Assembly (NCBI GenBank): GCA_947651225.1
Contig: CANSYK010000007.1
Span: 6,784-70,783, forward strand
Direction: 5' to 3'
DNA length: 64,000 bases
Source of the DNA: an uncultured bacterium
GTDB taxonomy: Bacteria; Bacillota; Clostridia; Lachnospirales; Lachnospiraceae
Shown here: piece after piece, positions 34,995-44,970 of the stretch
Layout: each line of letters opens with the position of its first letter
How positions within the stretch are numbered: position 1 is the first letter of the stretch
Translations under genes and position numbers: made by a program
The notes under the pieces: generated by a model
The model's input: only the letters and a program-made list of their open reading frames with translations
The model's database searches: none
What the model was told of the DNA's origin: nothing

Positions 34995-36128
34995 TTATAA
35001 AGCAACCTTCATGAACAGTTCCTTATCCTGCATAAACTGAATTGTATTATAAAGCACCAATACATCAGTCGGTTTATATTTCCGCAAAAGCATATCCACT
35101 CCTATATTTAAATGGCGCATATCTGCTACCACGATGTTTTCATAATCCTCTGCAAGAAATGGTATAAAACAGTTTGCAAAAGAATCTTTTATCATAAGGA
35201 GAGTTTCCTTATTTTTCACGCCGCCAGAGATTTCCAGGACTGCCTGGTTTCCGCCAAAAAATACGCTGTATTTATCCTTTTTCTTTAAATATTTTTTCTG
35301 GTAAAAGGTATGCTCCGTCTTTTCCCCAAGATTATATACAACCGTCATTTCCTCTTCCGGTTCATAAATACTGATCTCATCTTTTTGGGAATACATATTT
35401 ACCTTTGCATGTGTTGTCCCCAGAAAGCTATCTGTAACCTTTTTCAGTTTTTTCTTTGGCTCTGCCTTTTTCATCTCCTTTCCACAGGCTTCCAGATAAG
35501 AAACATACCCATACCATGCACCAACGGTTGTCCAGTGATGGTCTGTTTTATAAAAAATAGGTTCTTTTCTGTGCTTTTGCAAGGTTTCATAGACAGGAAC
35601 CATTACATTTTCAGGAAGCTTCTTTTCTAATTTTCGATAAAAATTATTTTCATCATATGTCTTTGCAAAAGCTGGCAAAGTATTGCGAAGCGTATATGTT
35701 TTAGACGGAACCATCATCACTTTAACATTAGCTTCTTTTGATGCCTGCTTTACAAGCTTTCCAAGCGCTTTTATATTCTTATCTGCAATTTTCTCGTCAA
35801 TATCTTCTTTTGTATATTTTTCCAGAAGATATCCATCCTTCCCAAAATAGACGCCGTTTGACTCTTTTTTCCCAAATGCCCTTTCTGCTTTTGTCTGAAA
35901 CCTCACCCATAAATCCCTATTTGGGAACTGGTCACTAAGATAAGCCTCATATTTTTTCTGAAACGTCCCATTCCGCACTTTTTTTACGGAAATCTTTGGA
36001 AAACCCTGTAATATCCTGTTTTCAGCAGAAGAATAGGTCTTGTCCTTCTGAAATATGCCAACGGACATAGCACTGAAAATCATCATGAAAAATATCAATG
36101 CCGGCAGCAGCCGAAAGAAGCGTTTCAT
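34995..36128 (-). CDS. DHHW-family protein (AlgJ/AlgX-like SGNH acyl-transfer partner)
   Basis: It contains the eponymous motif FYKTDHHWT and an N-terminal TM anchor. GGGAGG RBS lies before MKRFFRLLP. Confidence 0.75.
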   Translation of the reverse strand: MKRFFRLLPALIFFMMIFSAMSVGIFQKDKTYSSAENRILQGFPKISVKKVRNGTFQKKYEAYLSDQFPNRDLWVRFQTKAERAFGKKESNGVYFGKDGYLLEKYTKEDIDEKIADKNIKALGKLVKQASKEANVKVMMVPSKTYTLRNTLPAFAKTYDENNFYRKLEKKLPENVMVPVYETLQKHRKEPIFYKTDHHWTTVGAWYGYVSYLEACGKEMKKAEPKKKLKKVTDSFLGTTHAKVNMYSQKDEISIYEPEEEMTVVYNLGEKTEHTFYQKKYLKKKDKYSVFFGGNQAVLEISGGVKNKETLLMIKDSFANCFIPFLAEDYENIVVADMRHLNIGVDMLLRKYKPTDVLVLYNTIQFMQDKELFMKVAL

Positions 36129-36178
36129 ACTTATTTCCTCCCATAAAAAGGATTGAAATTCCTTCATTCAAATTCATT

Positions 36179-37603
36179 TTAAAATCTGAAATATAAAAAT
36201 GGATTATATGTACCATTTACCAGATATGCAACCGATATCAGAAATACTACGATCACAAATACTGTTTTTAACAGATTTGAAAGGATTTCATTTTTATTGC
36301 AAATCCATGTGCCGGCTTTCACTGGTAACCTGGTGCTGCCAATCACTAAAAAAATAAAAAGCACAACATTACTGACAATCAGATACATGGTATCTGTATT
36401 GACAAACCCAGCGCCTGCCCTGCCAGCCATCGCACTTACAAAGTTCCTGTGATGCGCAATATCTTCCCACGCAAAAAGAAGCCAGCCAAAATATATGATA
36501 ATAAGCGCATAGATATGCCTAAGAAAAGCCGGAAGTTTATTGAGGATTTTTAATAAACCAAGCTTTTCTGCTACCAGGAAAAAGCAGAAATACATACCCC
36601 ATGCGATAAAATTCCAGCTTGCTCCATGCCATAGCCCGGTTAGGAACCACACAATAAAAATATTGGAAAAAGTCCTTACCATCCCTTCTTTGCTTCCCCC
36701 AAGCGGAATATATACATATTCCTTGAACCATGTACCTAGTGATATATGCCATCTGCGCCAGAATTCCGTAATACTTTTAGCCAGATATGGATAATTGAAA
36801 TTTTCAGGGATTGTAAACCCAAAAACAGACATCAGTCCGATTGCCATATCGGAATATCCCGAAAAATCAAAATAAATCTGCAGTGCAAACATAAGAATCC
36901 CAAACCATGCAGATACCGTCGTAAGTTCTTTTTCGGAATAAGCTGTAACGGTCTTAAAAATTTCACCTGCCTGATTTGCTAAGATCACTTTTTTCCCAAG
37001 CCCGGCCACAAACCGAAGAGTACCATAGGACAGCTTTTCTATGGTACTCTTCCTTTCCCTTAGCAAAACAGAAATATCTTTAAACCTTACAATCGGCCCT
37101 GCGATAAGCTGGGGAAACATCGCAACATAGGCACCAAAATTAATGATATTTTTTTCAGCTCTGGCATCTTTCCTGTACACATCAATCGTATAGGACATTG
37201 TCTGGAATGTATAAAAGGAAATGCCTATCGGCAGCGCAAGTTCTTTTACCTTGATATCCATTCCTGTCACATCATTCCATACACCAGTGATAAACCCTGT
37301 ATATTTAAATACACAAAGAAGTGATAAATTTATCAGGACTGACAAAAACACAAAAATTCCTGCCGCTTTTTTCCTGTCCCTGTTTATAAAAAAACCTGCC
37401 AGCCCTCCATTAATATAATCTACAACTGTCGAAAACAACATAAGGACGATATAAACAGGCTCTCCCCATGCATAAAACACAAGACTAGCAAAAAACAGCA
37501 CCAGATTTTTCCATGTATTTTTCATACAGGAGGGCGTTATAAAGTAAAGAATCATAACACATGGCAGAAAGCGGAATAAAAACAGCAGACTGCTAAAAAC
37601 CAT
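36179..37603 (-). CDS. MBOAT-family membrane-bound O-acyltransferase (AlgI/DltB-like)
   Basis: FYTFQTMSYTIDVYR and WRRWHISLGTWFKEYVYIPLGG, with the conserved His. Confidence 0.85.
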   Translation of the reverse strand: MVFSSLLFLFRFLPCVMILYFITPSCMKNTWKNLVLFFASLVFYAWGEPVYIVLMLFSTVVDYINGGLAGFFINRDRKKAAGIFVFLSVLINLSLLCVFKYTGFITGVWNDVTGMDIKVKELALPIGISFYTFQTMSYTIDVYRKDARAEKNIINFGAYVAMFPQLIAGPIVRFKDISVLLRERKSTIEKLSYGTLRFVAGLGKKVILANQAGEIFKTVTAYSEKELTTVSAWFGILMFALQIYFDFSGYSDMAIGLMSVFGFTIPENFNYPYLAKSITEFWRRWHISLGTWFKEYVYIPLGGSKEGMVRTFSNIFIVWFLTGLWHGASWNFIAWGMYFCFFLVAEKLGLLKILNKLPAFLRHIYALIIIYFGWLLFAWEDIAHHRNFVSAMAGRAGAGFVNTDTMYLIVSNVVLFIFLVIGSTRLPVKAGTWICNKNEILSNLLKTVFVIVVFLISVAYLVNGTYNPFLYFRF

Positions 37604-37615
37604 AAAAATCCTCCA

Positions 37616-38182
37616 TTATTTAAATAATGCTTTAATGGCAGAAACAGCTTTCTGGTTTTGTGCCTGATATGCCTTTATGATCTGTTCTTCTGTTCCTGTC
37701 TCTTCCAACTTACTGTCAATAGTACCAAGCATAATAAAAAATACATAATTCCCTTTTACGTAAACCCTGGATGCCTGTATTTTTAATACATTCATTGGAT
37801 ACTGATTCGTATCCTCAATTAATCCCTGCCTGTAAGCTGTAAGCTTCTTTTTAATCTTTGCTTTTGTTGTCTTATTTTTTGCCTTTGCAATAACAAGCGT
37901 ATCAACATGTACGCTCATCATTGGTATCTCTGCCCGGATATCCGTATACCAGGAAGAAGAAATCCCATAACGCTGCTTAATCTCTTTTTCTGATAACGTA
38001 ATATCTGCCAGATAACCATCGCCATATTTTTTAACAATCGCATTGTATATCTTCTTAACCGATGGCTCTTTTTTCTTAGCCGCCTCTGCAACAACGGCCG
38101 TATTGTCCAACAATGAAACAGGTGCAATGCTCCCTGCTGTTAATGAAACCGCCAGTAAGGCAGCCAGTAGTTTTTTTCTCAT
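37616..38182 (-). CDS. DUF4358-like secreted lipoprotein
   Basis: Signal peptide MRKKLLAALLAVSLTAG. MMSVHVDTLVIAKAKN is typical of DUF4358. It is conserved as a partner of the MBOAT/DHHW pair. Confidence 0.6.
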   Translation of the reverse strand: MRKKLLAALLAVSLTAGSIAPVSLLDNTAVVAEAAKKKEPSVKKIYNAIVKKYGDGYLADITLSEKEIKQRYGISSSWYTDIRAEIPMMSVHVDTLVIAKAKNKTTKAKIKKKLTAYRQGLIEDTNQYPMNVLKIQASRVYVKGNYVFFIMLGTIDSKLEETGTEEQIIKAYQAQNQKAVSAIKALFK

Positions 38183-38259
38183 ACATCAACCTCCTATTTA
38201 TATAACTTAATATTTACTTTACATTATTGTGCCACTGAAAGTATTATACCCCACTTCGG

Positions 38260-39399
38260 TCAATAAGGCAACTGGCTATCAAGCACCTGATAAAATATAT
38301 CACTATCAAGCGTTTCTTTCATAAAAAAAATCATTTTTCTATACCACTCTTCCATCTCTTTTCCCGATCTTTTCCATTTGATGAAAAACTCCCTGATATA
38401 AATTTTTTTCATTACTTCCTCTACACATTCTCCCAAAATCACTTCTGCCCGTTCTGCTTCTTTCATTTTGATAGTTCCATTTTTTTCTGACAATGTAGAA
38501 AAATAATCAATATCCAGCAGAGTGACCTGTTTGCTTTCTTTTAATTCCCTGTCAATGTCATATGGCACCGCAAGGTCAATCAAAAGCCTTTCCTTCCCTT
38601 CTGCCCATTTTTCATACTCTCTTCTTGTCAATGTATAATGCGGGCTTAAAGTCGCACTGACAATTGCATCTGCTTTGGAAACGCACTGGTATCGCCTGTC
38701 AAAATCTTCTAATACAATGTTATCTTTCTGTGCTGGAAATATCTCTTCGCCCTGATGTTTTTTCCTCTGGGTTCCAATCACAGAAATCCCCTTTGCCATT
38801 AAATCCTTTGCCACAATCGAACCAATTTTTCCTGTTGCTCCAATTACAAGAACCGTCCCATTCTCTCTTTCTGATAACTTGAAATACTCCTCGATTGCAT
38901 TTGCTGTCAATGTTCCGATTGACACTGGCGTAGCAGACAGACGTGTTCCTGTTTTAGATCGTCTTGCACAATGAATCGCCTCCTGAAAAACAATATGTAT
39001 TTCCCCATCCGCCATATTTTCCAGTACAGTATCCTGATAAGCTTCCCTGACCTGATGCAGGATTTCATCCTCGCCAAGAACCATGGAATCCAGGCCACAA
39101 ATCACCCGAAATAAATGGCGCACTGCCTTTTTTCCACTATAATAAAAACATTCTGTTTTAATACATTCCCTGTCAATCCCTTTTTGAAGAAATAAGCCTT
39201 CCTCTACAGCTTCCAACGCCTTCTTTCCCCCTGTTACGTAAATCTCACTACGGTTACAGGTACATAATACCACCCCGCCACAAACCTCTTTCTGCCCCCG
39301 CAAAAAAGACAGAAACTGCTTTTGCTCTTCAGGCAAAAATGCAAATTTCTGTCGTATGGAAAGTAGCGATTTTTTAAAACTAACACTAATACAAAACAT
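38260..39399 (-). CDS. hemA: Glutamyl-tRNA reductase
   Basis: Catalytic CTCNRSEIY, GEDEILHQV and NADPH motif VIGATGKIG. Confidence 0.85.
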   Translation of the reverse strand: MFCISVSFKKSLLSIRQKFAFLPEEQKQFLSFLRGQKEVCGGVVLCTCNRSEIYVTGGKKALEAVEEGLFLQKGIDRECIKTECFYYSGKKAVRHLFRVICGLDSMVLGEDEILHQVREAYQDTVLENMADGEIHIVFQEAIHCARRSKTGTRLSATPVSIGTLTANAIEEYFKLSERENGTVLVIGATGKIGSIVAKDLMAKGISVIGTQRKKHQGEEIFPAQKDNIVLEDFDRRYQCVSKADAIVSATLSPHYTLTRREYEKWAEGKERLLIDLAVPYDIDRELKESKQVTLLDIDYFSTLSEKNGTIKMKEAERAEVILGECVEEVMKKIYIREFFIKWKRSGKEMEEWYRKMIFFMKETLDSDIFYQVLDSQLPY

Positions 39400-39464
39400 T
39401 TTATTTCCATGCCTCCCACAGGCTGTAATTTCTTAGAATTTATTACCTTGTTACGATTCACAGC

Positions 39465-40019
39465 TTATTTCAAGGAAAGCAGAATTTTGGAAAAATCAAT
39501 TTCCAAATCTTCATATATTCCGGCTTTCACAATATCATTCAATGAATACTCTTCCATAGAACCATTTTCAAAGTTATATACCGTTATCCTGTTTTTCAAA
39601 ACATCTACAATCCAGTATTCCCGCATACCAGAACTCTGGTATTTTGACAATTTTAATAAATAGTCCATATATCGGCTTAATGGTGAAACAATCTCAACAA
39701 CCCAATCTGGAGCACCTTTACACCCCTGATCCGTAAGTTTTTCTCTATCACAGATTACACTGATGTCCGGTTCAACATAGTTTTTATCGTCTGCATTTAG
39801 AAATACAGCAAACGGTGCTGGATATATTTTACATATGCCATTTTTATATTCTATATAATCTGCAATTCTTCTATATAAGATGCCAAGCACCTCCTGATGC
39901 TGCCTGCCTGGCGCTGCCTGCATATACATTTGCCCGTCCAGTAATTCTGCCCTTTCCCCATCTGACAATGCATAAATGTCTTCCACAGTAGAATTTTCAA
40001 CGTTCTGTGCAAATGCCAT
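39465..40019 (-). CDS. Uma2-family (DUF820) PD-(D/E)xK endonuclease
   Basis: 184 aa. Motifs AELLDG, EPDISV, APDWVVEIVSP and EYWIVD. Confidence 0.75.
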   Translation of the reverse strand: MAFAQNVENSTVEDIYALSDGERAELLDGQMYMQAAPGRQHQEVLGILYRRIADYIEYKNGICKIYPAPFAVFLNADDKNYVEPDISVICDREKLTDQGCKGAPDWVVEIVSPLSRYMDYLLKLSKYQSSGMREYWIVDVLKNRITVYNFENGSMEEYSLNDIVKAGIYEDLEIDFSKILLSLK

Positions 40020-40084
40020 AATCCTACACCCTTCTCATCTGGCTATTAAAATGATTCTACCATCATAATGGGCAAAAAGCAATG

Positions 40085-40112
40085 AAAAACCCCGCACTCG
40101 TGCAGGTTTTTT
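40085..40112 (-). terminator. Bidirectional hairpin terminator after cysN
   Basis: CCCCGCAC-tc-GTGCAGG stem flanked by an A5 tract and a T6 tract. Confidence 0.6.
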
Positions 40113-40146
40113 CATTGCTTGGTTACTGTTCATGGCTATCTAAACA

Positions 40147-41787
40147 TCAGATATAATTTCCATCTGTAACGGCAGTTCCCTCGTATTCCGACTGCTCCTG
40201 AATATATTTCGCCACATCTTCTACAGAAGGACCGTATTTTTCCCAGTCTGTAACAGGCTTTTCCATCTTTTCTAAGAAAAGCCTTTTCTGCCTGCTGTCT
40301 GTCAAAAGCAAGACAACAATTCCTGCCCTGTGCAGATGTTTTATCACCTGTTCTACATTTTCTCCTTTTGATGGAGCATAAAGATAGGTATGTCTTCCAT
40401 TCAAATGAAGCTGTTTTTCGATATCCTCCACAAATTCCCTGCCTACACCCTTTCTACTGCTGTCAAATACTACCGTAACAGCCTTCTGCCCTTTTAATGC
40501 CGCTCGTGACTGGCGGTCTACCCTTCCTTCGTATACACTGTTTTCTTCTTCCTCTACATTTTCTACCACCCCACAGGCAGAAGTCATATTACTGATACGG
40601 TCTATCAGTATGAATTCTCCTAATGCTTTATGGTTCCTAAAAGTATCTGCTACGATTTTATCTGCAAGAGATATCTTACATACCGCAATTTCATTTTTCC
40701 CAAGTGACGTGGCTTTTTTATGTTCTCCTGAATTGACATCTACCGCATACAAAATCTCTGTTACAATTCCCGGAATTGTCTTTGTCCCCAGTTTAAAAAA
40801 GAAATTCTTTCCGGTATACAATTCTTCATCATCCATCCAAAGAAGTGTTGCTTTAAGGGCAGACACTGTCTTTGCCTCGGAACCAGCAGACAATACGCTT
40901 CCCCTTGACACATCAACCTCCCTGTCAAGCTGTATCGTTACCGGCTGCCCCTTTTTTGCTGTTTTCCCTTCTTTATTCCCAACATATATACTCTTTATGT
41001 TCGCTGTTTCATTTCCTGGAAGAACTGTAACCTCATTTCCGACAGAAATTTCCCCTGCCTCAATCTGCCCCTGAAATCCACGAAATGTATGGTCAGGACG
41101 GCATACTCTCTGTACTGGCATATAAAATCCCTGCTCACTATTATCCTCAGAAATATCTAACTCCTCCAGATAAGGAAGCAGTGCCTTTTTCTGATACCAT
41201 GTGATATTTTCCGAAAGCTTTGTCACATTATCCCCTTCTGTAGCAGAAACCGGAATAATCTGTACTTCTGGAAGTGACAGCTCTTTTGCAAGCTCTTCTA
41301 TCTGTTTTTCAATCTCACGAAATCTTGCCTCCTGATAGCCAACCAAATCCATTTTGTTAACAGCAAATACAAAATAGCGAATTCCCATCAGCGCACAGAT
41401 TCTTGCATGCCTTCTTGTCTGCACCAATACTCCCTGTTTTGCATCAATGAGAATCACTGCAAGGTCAGCAAAAGACGCACCAACCGCCATGTTTCTGGTA
41501 TATTCCTCATGTCCTGGGGTGTCTGCCACGATAAAACTTCTCTTATCCGTTGTAAAATAACGGTACGCCACATCAATCGTGATTCCCTGCTCTCTTTCTG
41601 CCATTAATCCATCTAACAGCAGAGAATAATCAATCGCTCCATTTCTGCTCCCTACTTTACTGTCAAGTTCCAAGGCTTTTTCCTGGTCAGCATAAAGCAA
41701 TTTGGAATCATATAAAATATGGCCAATTAAGGTTGACTTTCCATCATCAACACTTCCACAAGTAATAAATTTTAATAATCCACTCAT
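40147..41787 (-). CDS. cysN: Sulfate adenylyltransferase subunit 1 (GTPase) with a degenerate APS-kinase-like C-terminal extension
   Basis: GSVDDGKST G1, DTPGHEEY G3 and NKMD G4. The C-terminal 130 aa or so resemble an APS kinase but read FDSSRKGVGRE where the P-loop should be. Confidence 0.85.
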   Translation of the reverse strand: MSGLLKFITCGSVDDGKSTLIGHILYDSKLLYADQEKALELDSKVGSRNGAIDYSLLLDGLMAEREQGITIDVAYRYFTTDKRSFIVADTPGHEEYTRNMAVGASFADLAVILIDAKQGVLVQTRRHARICALMGIRYFVFAVNKMDLVGYQEARFREIEKQIEELAKELSLPEVQIIPVSATEGDNVTKLSENITWYQKKALLPYLEELDISEDNSEQGFYMPVQRVCRPDHTFRGFQGQIEAGEISVGNEVTVLPGNETANIKSIYVGNKEGKTAKKGQPVTIQLDREVDVSRGSVLSAGSEAKTVSALKATLLWMDDEELYTGKNFFFKLGTKTIPGIVTEILYAVDVNSGEHKKATSLGKNEIAVCKISLADKIVADTFRNHKALGEFILIDRISNMTSACGVVENVEEEENSVYEGRVDRQSRAALKGQKAVTVVFDSSRKGVGREFVEDIEKQLHLNGRHTYLYAPSKGENVEQVIKHLHRAGIVVLLLTDSRQKRLFLEKMEKPVTDWEKYGPSVEDVAKYIQEQSEYEGTAVTDGNYI

Positions 41788-41789
41788 AA

Positions 41790-42689
41790 TTAGAAATAGC
41801 CCTCTCTCTTTCTCCGTTCCATGCTTCCTGCCTCTTCTGTATCAATTACTCTTGTTGTCCTCTCAGAAGAAACAGCGCTCAACGTTTCCTCAATAATCTC
41901 ATCTAATGTCGATGCTGTCGATTCGCATCCGCCAGTCAAAGGATAGCATCCTAAAGTACGAAAGCGCACACTCTTTGTTACAGCCTCTTCCCCTGGCAAT
42001 AGCCGCATACGCTCATCATCGACCATAATAATATTCCCATCACGAAATACGACAGGACGCTCTTTTGCAAAATAAAGCGATGGAATTTCTATCTCTTCTC
42101 TTTTTATATATTGCCAGATATCTTTCTCCGTCCAATTGGATAGGGGAAATACTCTGACTTCTTCTTTTTTGCGGACCTTTGGATTATACAATTTCCACAT
42201 TTCCGGTCTCTGGTTTTTCGGGTCCCATGCATGATTCTCATTTCGGAAAGAAAAAATACGCTCCTTTGCCCTTGATTTTTCCTCATCTCTCCGTCCGCCT
42301 CCAAATGCAGCCGTAAACCCATAAAAATCTAAAGCTGCCTTTAATGCCTGCGTCTTCATAATATCTGTATAGGCAGAACCATGGTCAAATGGATTAATCC
42401 CCTGACGGACGCCTTCTTCATTGATATATTCCAACATCTCAATACCAAGTTTTTTTGCTATCCTGTCACGAAACGCAATCATTTCCTTAAATTTCCAGGT
42501 TGTATTTACATGTAAAAATGGAAATGGCGGTTTTTCTGGATAAAATGCCTTCATTGCCAGATGAAGCATAACGGAACTGTCCTTTCCTATCGAATATAAC
42601 ATTACCGGCTTCTCACAGTCTGCTGCGACTTCCCGGATAATATAAATGGCTTCTGCTTCCAGTTCATCAAGATGTGAATTTTCGCTCAT
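41790..42689 (-). CDS. cysD: Sulfate adenylyltransferase subunit 2
   Basis: PAPS_reduct/ATP-PPase fold: [15 protein letters not shown] and the C-terminus RKREGYF. Confidence 0.9.
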   Translation of the reverse strand: MSENSHLDELEAEAIYIIREVAADCEKPVMLYSIGKDSSVMLHLAMKAFYPEKPPFPFLHVNTTWKFKEMIAFRDRIAKKLGIEMLEYINEEGVRQGINPFDHGSAYTDIMKTQALKAALDFYGFTAAFGGGRRDEEKSRAKERIFSFRNENHAWDPKNQRPEMWKLYNPKVRKKEEVRVFPLSNWTEKDIWQYIKREEIEIPSLYFAKERPVVFRDGNIIMVDDERMRLLPGEEAVTKSVRFRTLGCYPLTGGCESTASTLDEIIEETLSAVSSERTTRVIDTEEAGSMERRKREGYF

Positions 42690-42749
42690 TTTTTCCCTTC
42701 TTTCTATAATTAAAATTACTTACTTGTTTCATTTGAGATGCACTGTTGC

Positions 42750-43064
42750 CTAATACTGATTCGATTCCCTTTTATCAACAGCAATCTCTTCTATTGTCCC
42801 ATCTGTTTTTTTCACCCTCCAAATCAAAAAACTCCCTTTTTCTGATACGGTCATCTTTCCACCTCTTCCGCCAAGCTCTGTACCAAGATAAAGTGCGATG
42901 GCACCAAATTTGCATTCCTTGATGCAGGAAGCACACCCCCAGCAATCCTTTGGATATTTCATAACCGCAGTACCATCTTTCTCTTGTTTCATCAAACCTC
43001 CCGGGCAGACTAAAACACACTTTCCACATCCGGTACACCGCTTCCGGTCAATTACAATGCTCAT
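42750..43064 (-). CDS. 2x[4Fe-4S] ferredoxin (AprB-like small subunit)
   Basis: CTGCGKCVLVCP and CWGCASCIKECK motifs. It overlaps the flavoprotein gene by 17 nt. Confidence 0.6.
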   Translation of the reverse strand: MSIVIDRKRCTGCGKCVLVCPGGLMKQEKDGTAVMKYPKDCWGCASCIKECKFGAIALYLGTELGGRGGKMTVSEKGSFLIWRVKKTDGTIEEIAVDKRESNQY

Positions 43065-44817
43065 ACTGCCCTTCCTTTCCTACCAGATCCCTGTAAAAAA
43101 TTTTGAGTGTTCCATTCTCATATCGTGAATTGACATACTTCATCCACTCCTGGCTCTTTTGAGGATAATCTGTATTTTCTGCAAAACTGTGCCACCTGGT
43201 TTCTTTTCTGCCTTCCAGATGGGCAATCACAGCAAGGCAGACCAACAGACGTTCCTTTAATTCATATACAAACATCAGCTCATGCATATCTCCTGCCGCC
43301 ACATTGTCTGACAGAAGCATTAACTGCTTAATCTTTTCCCTTGCAATTCCAAGCTGCCTTTCATTATATTTGTAATGGGATGTAATACCGCCCGCATAGC
43401 AATCCATCACCTTTTGCATTGCTTCTTCCAGTTCCTCTATTGAATATATCGTTTCTGTATTTCCAAGAAAACGGTTATATTCTTTTACTTGATCCCGCAT
43501 TCTGTCAGATGCTGTATCCTGCTTTCCACTTCTGTCCGCTTTTTTATCAAATTGCGTATTGTGGGTATCATTTCTTTTTAATGCTTCTATCATATGTTCT
43601 GCTGCGATCTCTGCTTCTGCCATAGCGCCTGTTACATATTTCTGTGGACATCCCCCTGCTACATCTCCGGCGGCATACAATCCATGAATAGTTGTCTGGC
43701 GGTTCGTATCCACCCAATAGCCGCTTGCCGTATGTCCTCCCACAATATAAGGCTCTGTCCCCTCAATTTCTACATTTTGTTCCGATGCCCCTTTCCCGGA
43801 TTCCATCCACTTTAAAGTCTGAGACGGAGCCATATTCAGATACGCTTTTTTTAATGATTCTTCCTCTTTCTTAGAAATTCCTTCTGTTTTCAGATAGCAT
43901 GGCCCTCTTCCCTCCAGATTTTCCATTACGGTCCCATAAACACGTTCTGAAGTAGTCAGCCCATATTTCGTTTCATAAACCTCTCCCTTTTCATTCACCT
44001 GTTTTGCACCAACGCCCTGTGCCAGTGTCCCCGTTGGAGCAATTGTGTCCTTACAGCGAAGGGCAATAAACCGCATTTCAAACGTTGTCATCTCTGCACC
44101 ACATTTCATGCCCATCGCATAACCTGCGCCTGTGTTAAACGGCGGATACCACATTTTATGCCGGGAAAAACCTGGATTATTAGGCCGATATAGTCCAGCC
44201 GCACCACCTGTCGCACACAAGACCTTTTTTGCCCTTATCTCATAGGCGCTGCTGTCTTCTATCGAAAATCCTATGGCGCCTATGATTTCATTATTTTCTA
44301 CAATATAATCTGTTATGTTTACCCGGTTTAACACAGTAACAGCTTCCAGTTTTTTTACGGCATCTGCTAACAAAGGCTTTATATTTTCCCCATTTATCTT
44401 GATATTTCTGCTCCCTCTTGCAACATATCTGCCGCCTTCATCTTTCAGAAATACAAGCCCAAGCTCTTCTAATCTTTCTGCCACCTGGTTTAACCGTTCT
44501 GACATCGTAAACAATAAATCTTCCCGTACAATACCATCTGCATCCTTTTTGGCATATTCTACATAATCCTGTGGTGTATTTCCTTCTACAATATACGCAT
44601 TCAGGGCATTAACACCTGCCGCCAGACAACCACTTCTCTTTATATTTGCCTTTTCCGCAATAATCACCGAATAGCCAGACCGCTCACGAATTGTAAGCGC
44701 TGCATAGCAGCCTGCCGCACCGCCTCCAATAATCAAAATGTCCGTATTCAAAACTTTTGTTATATCAATCTGCATCATTTTCCTCATTTCCTCAGCCGAA
44801 ACCAGTTCACTTAGCAA
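43048..44817 (-). CDS. FAD-dependent oxidoreductase of the fumarate-reductase/AprA family (putative assimilatory adenylylsulfate reductase alpha)
   Basis: ILIIGGGAAGCYAA dinucleotide motif. About 575-589 aa (alternative start MQIDITK at 44775). Its location between cysDN and cysK supports the call. Confidence 0.55.
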   Translation of the reverse strand: MLSELVSAEEMRKMMQIDITKVLNTDILIIGGGAAGCYAALTIRERSGYSVIIAEKANIKRSGCLAAGVNALNAYIVEGNTPQDYVEYAKKDADGIVREDLLFTMSERLNQVAERLEELGLVFLKDEGGRYVARGSRNIKINGENIKPLLADAVKKLEAVTVLNRVNITDYIVENNEIIGAIGFSIEDSSAYEIRAKKVLCATGGAAGLYRPNNPGFSRHKMWYPPFNTGAGYAMGMKCGAEMTTFEMRFIALRCKDTIAPTGTLAQGVGAKQVNEKGEVYETKYGLTTSERVYGTVMENLEGRGPCYLKTEGISKKEEESLKKAYLNMAPSQTLKWMESGKGASEQNVEIEGTEPYIVGGHTASGYWVDTNRQTTIHGLYAAGDVAGGCPQKYVTGAMAEAEIAAEHMIEALKRNDTHNTQFDKKADRSGKQDTASDRMRDQVKEYNRFLGNTETIYSIEELEEAMQKVMDCYAGGITSHYKYNERQLGIAREKIKQLMLLSDNVAAGDMHELMFVYELKERLLVCLAVIAHLEGRKETRWHSFAENTDYPQKSQEWMKYVNSRYENGTLKIFYRDLVGKEGQYEHCN

Positions 44818-44867
44818 ACAGGGTTCATTTTACTTTACGCTCCTTTTACCAACTTACATATAGATTT

Positions 44868-44880
44868 AATAGGTTTATAG
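44868..44880. promoter_or_regulatory. AATAGGTTTATAG operator candidate upstream of the apr-cysDN operon
   Basis: It is the same 13-mer as in the cysK leader, here in the opposite orientation. Confidence 0.4.
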
Positions 44881-44970
44881 ACAATAATTTCTGGGCAGCA
44901 ATGGAAAGGAGCCATATGCTTTCTTACATATACCTATATCCCCTTTCCATACTACCTCTGTCGTCTTACT

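Noticed and set aside
40610-41074. 154-aa + strand ORF, and similar long antisense ORFs (for example 15753..16244, 24402..24908, 54397..54771, 59959..60357)
   Set aside because: All lie opposite strongly supported genes (cysN, trxB, sirC, the YhgE/Pip gene, htpG). They have biased Ser/Pro/Leu composition and no translation signals.
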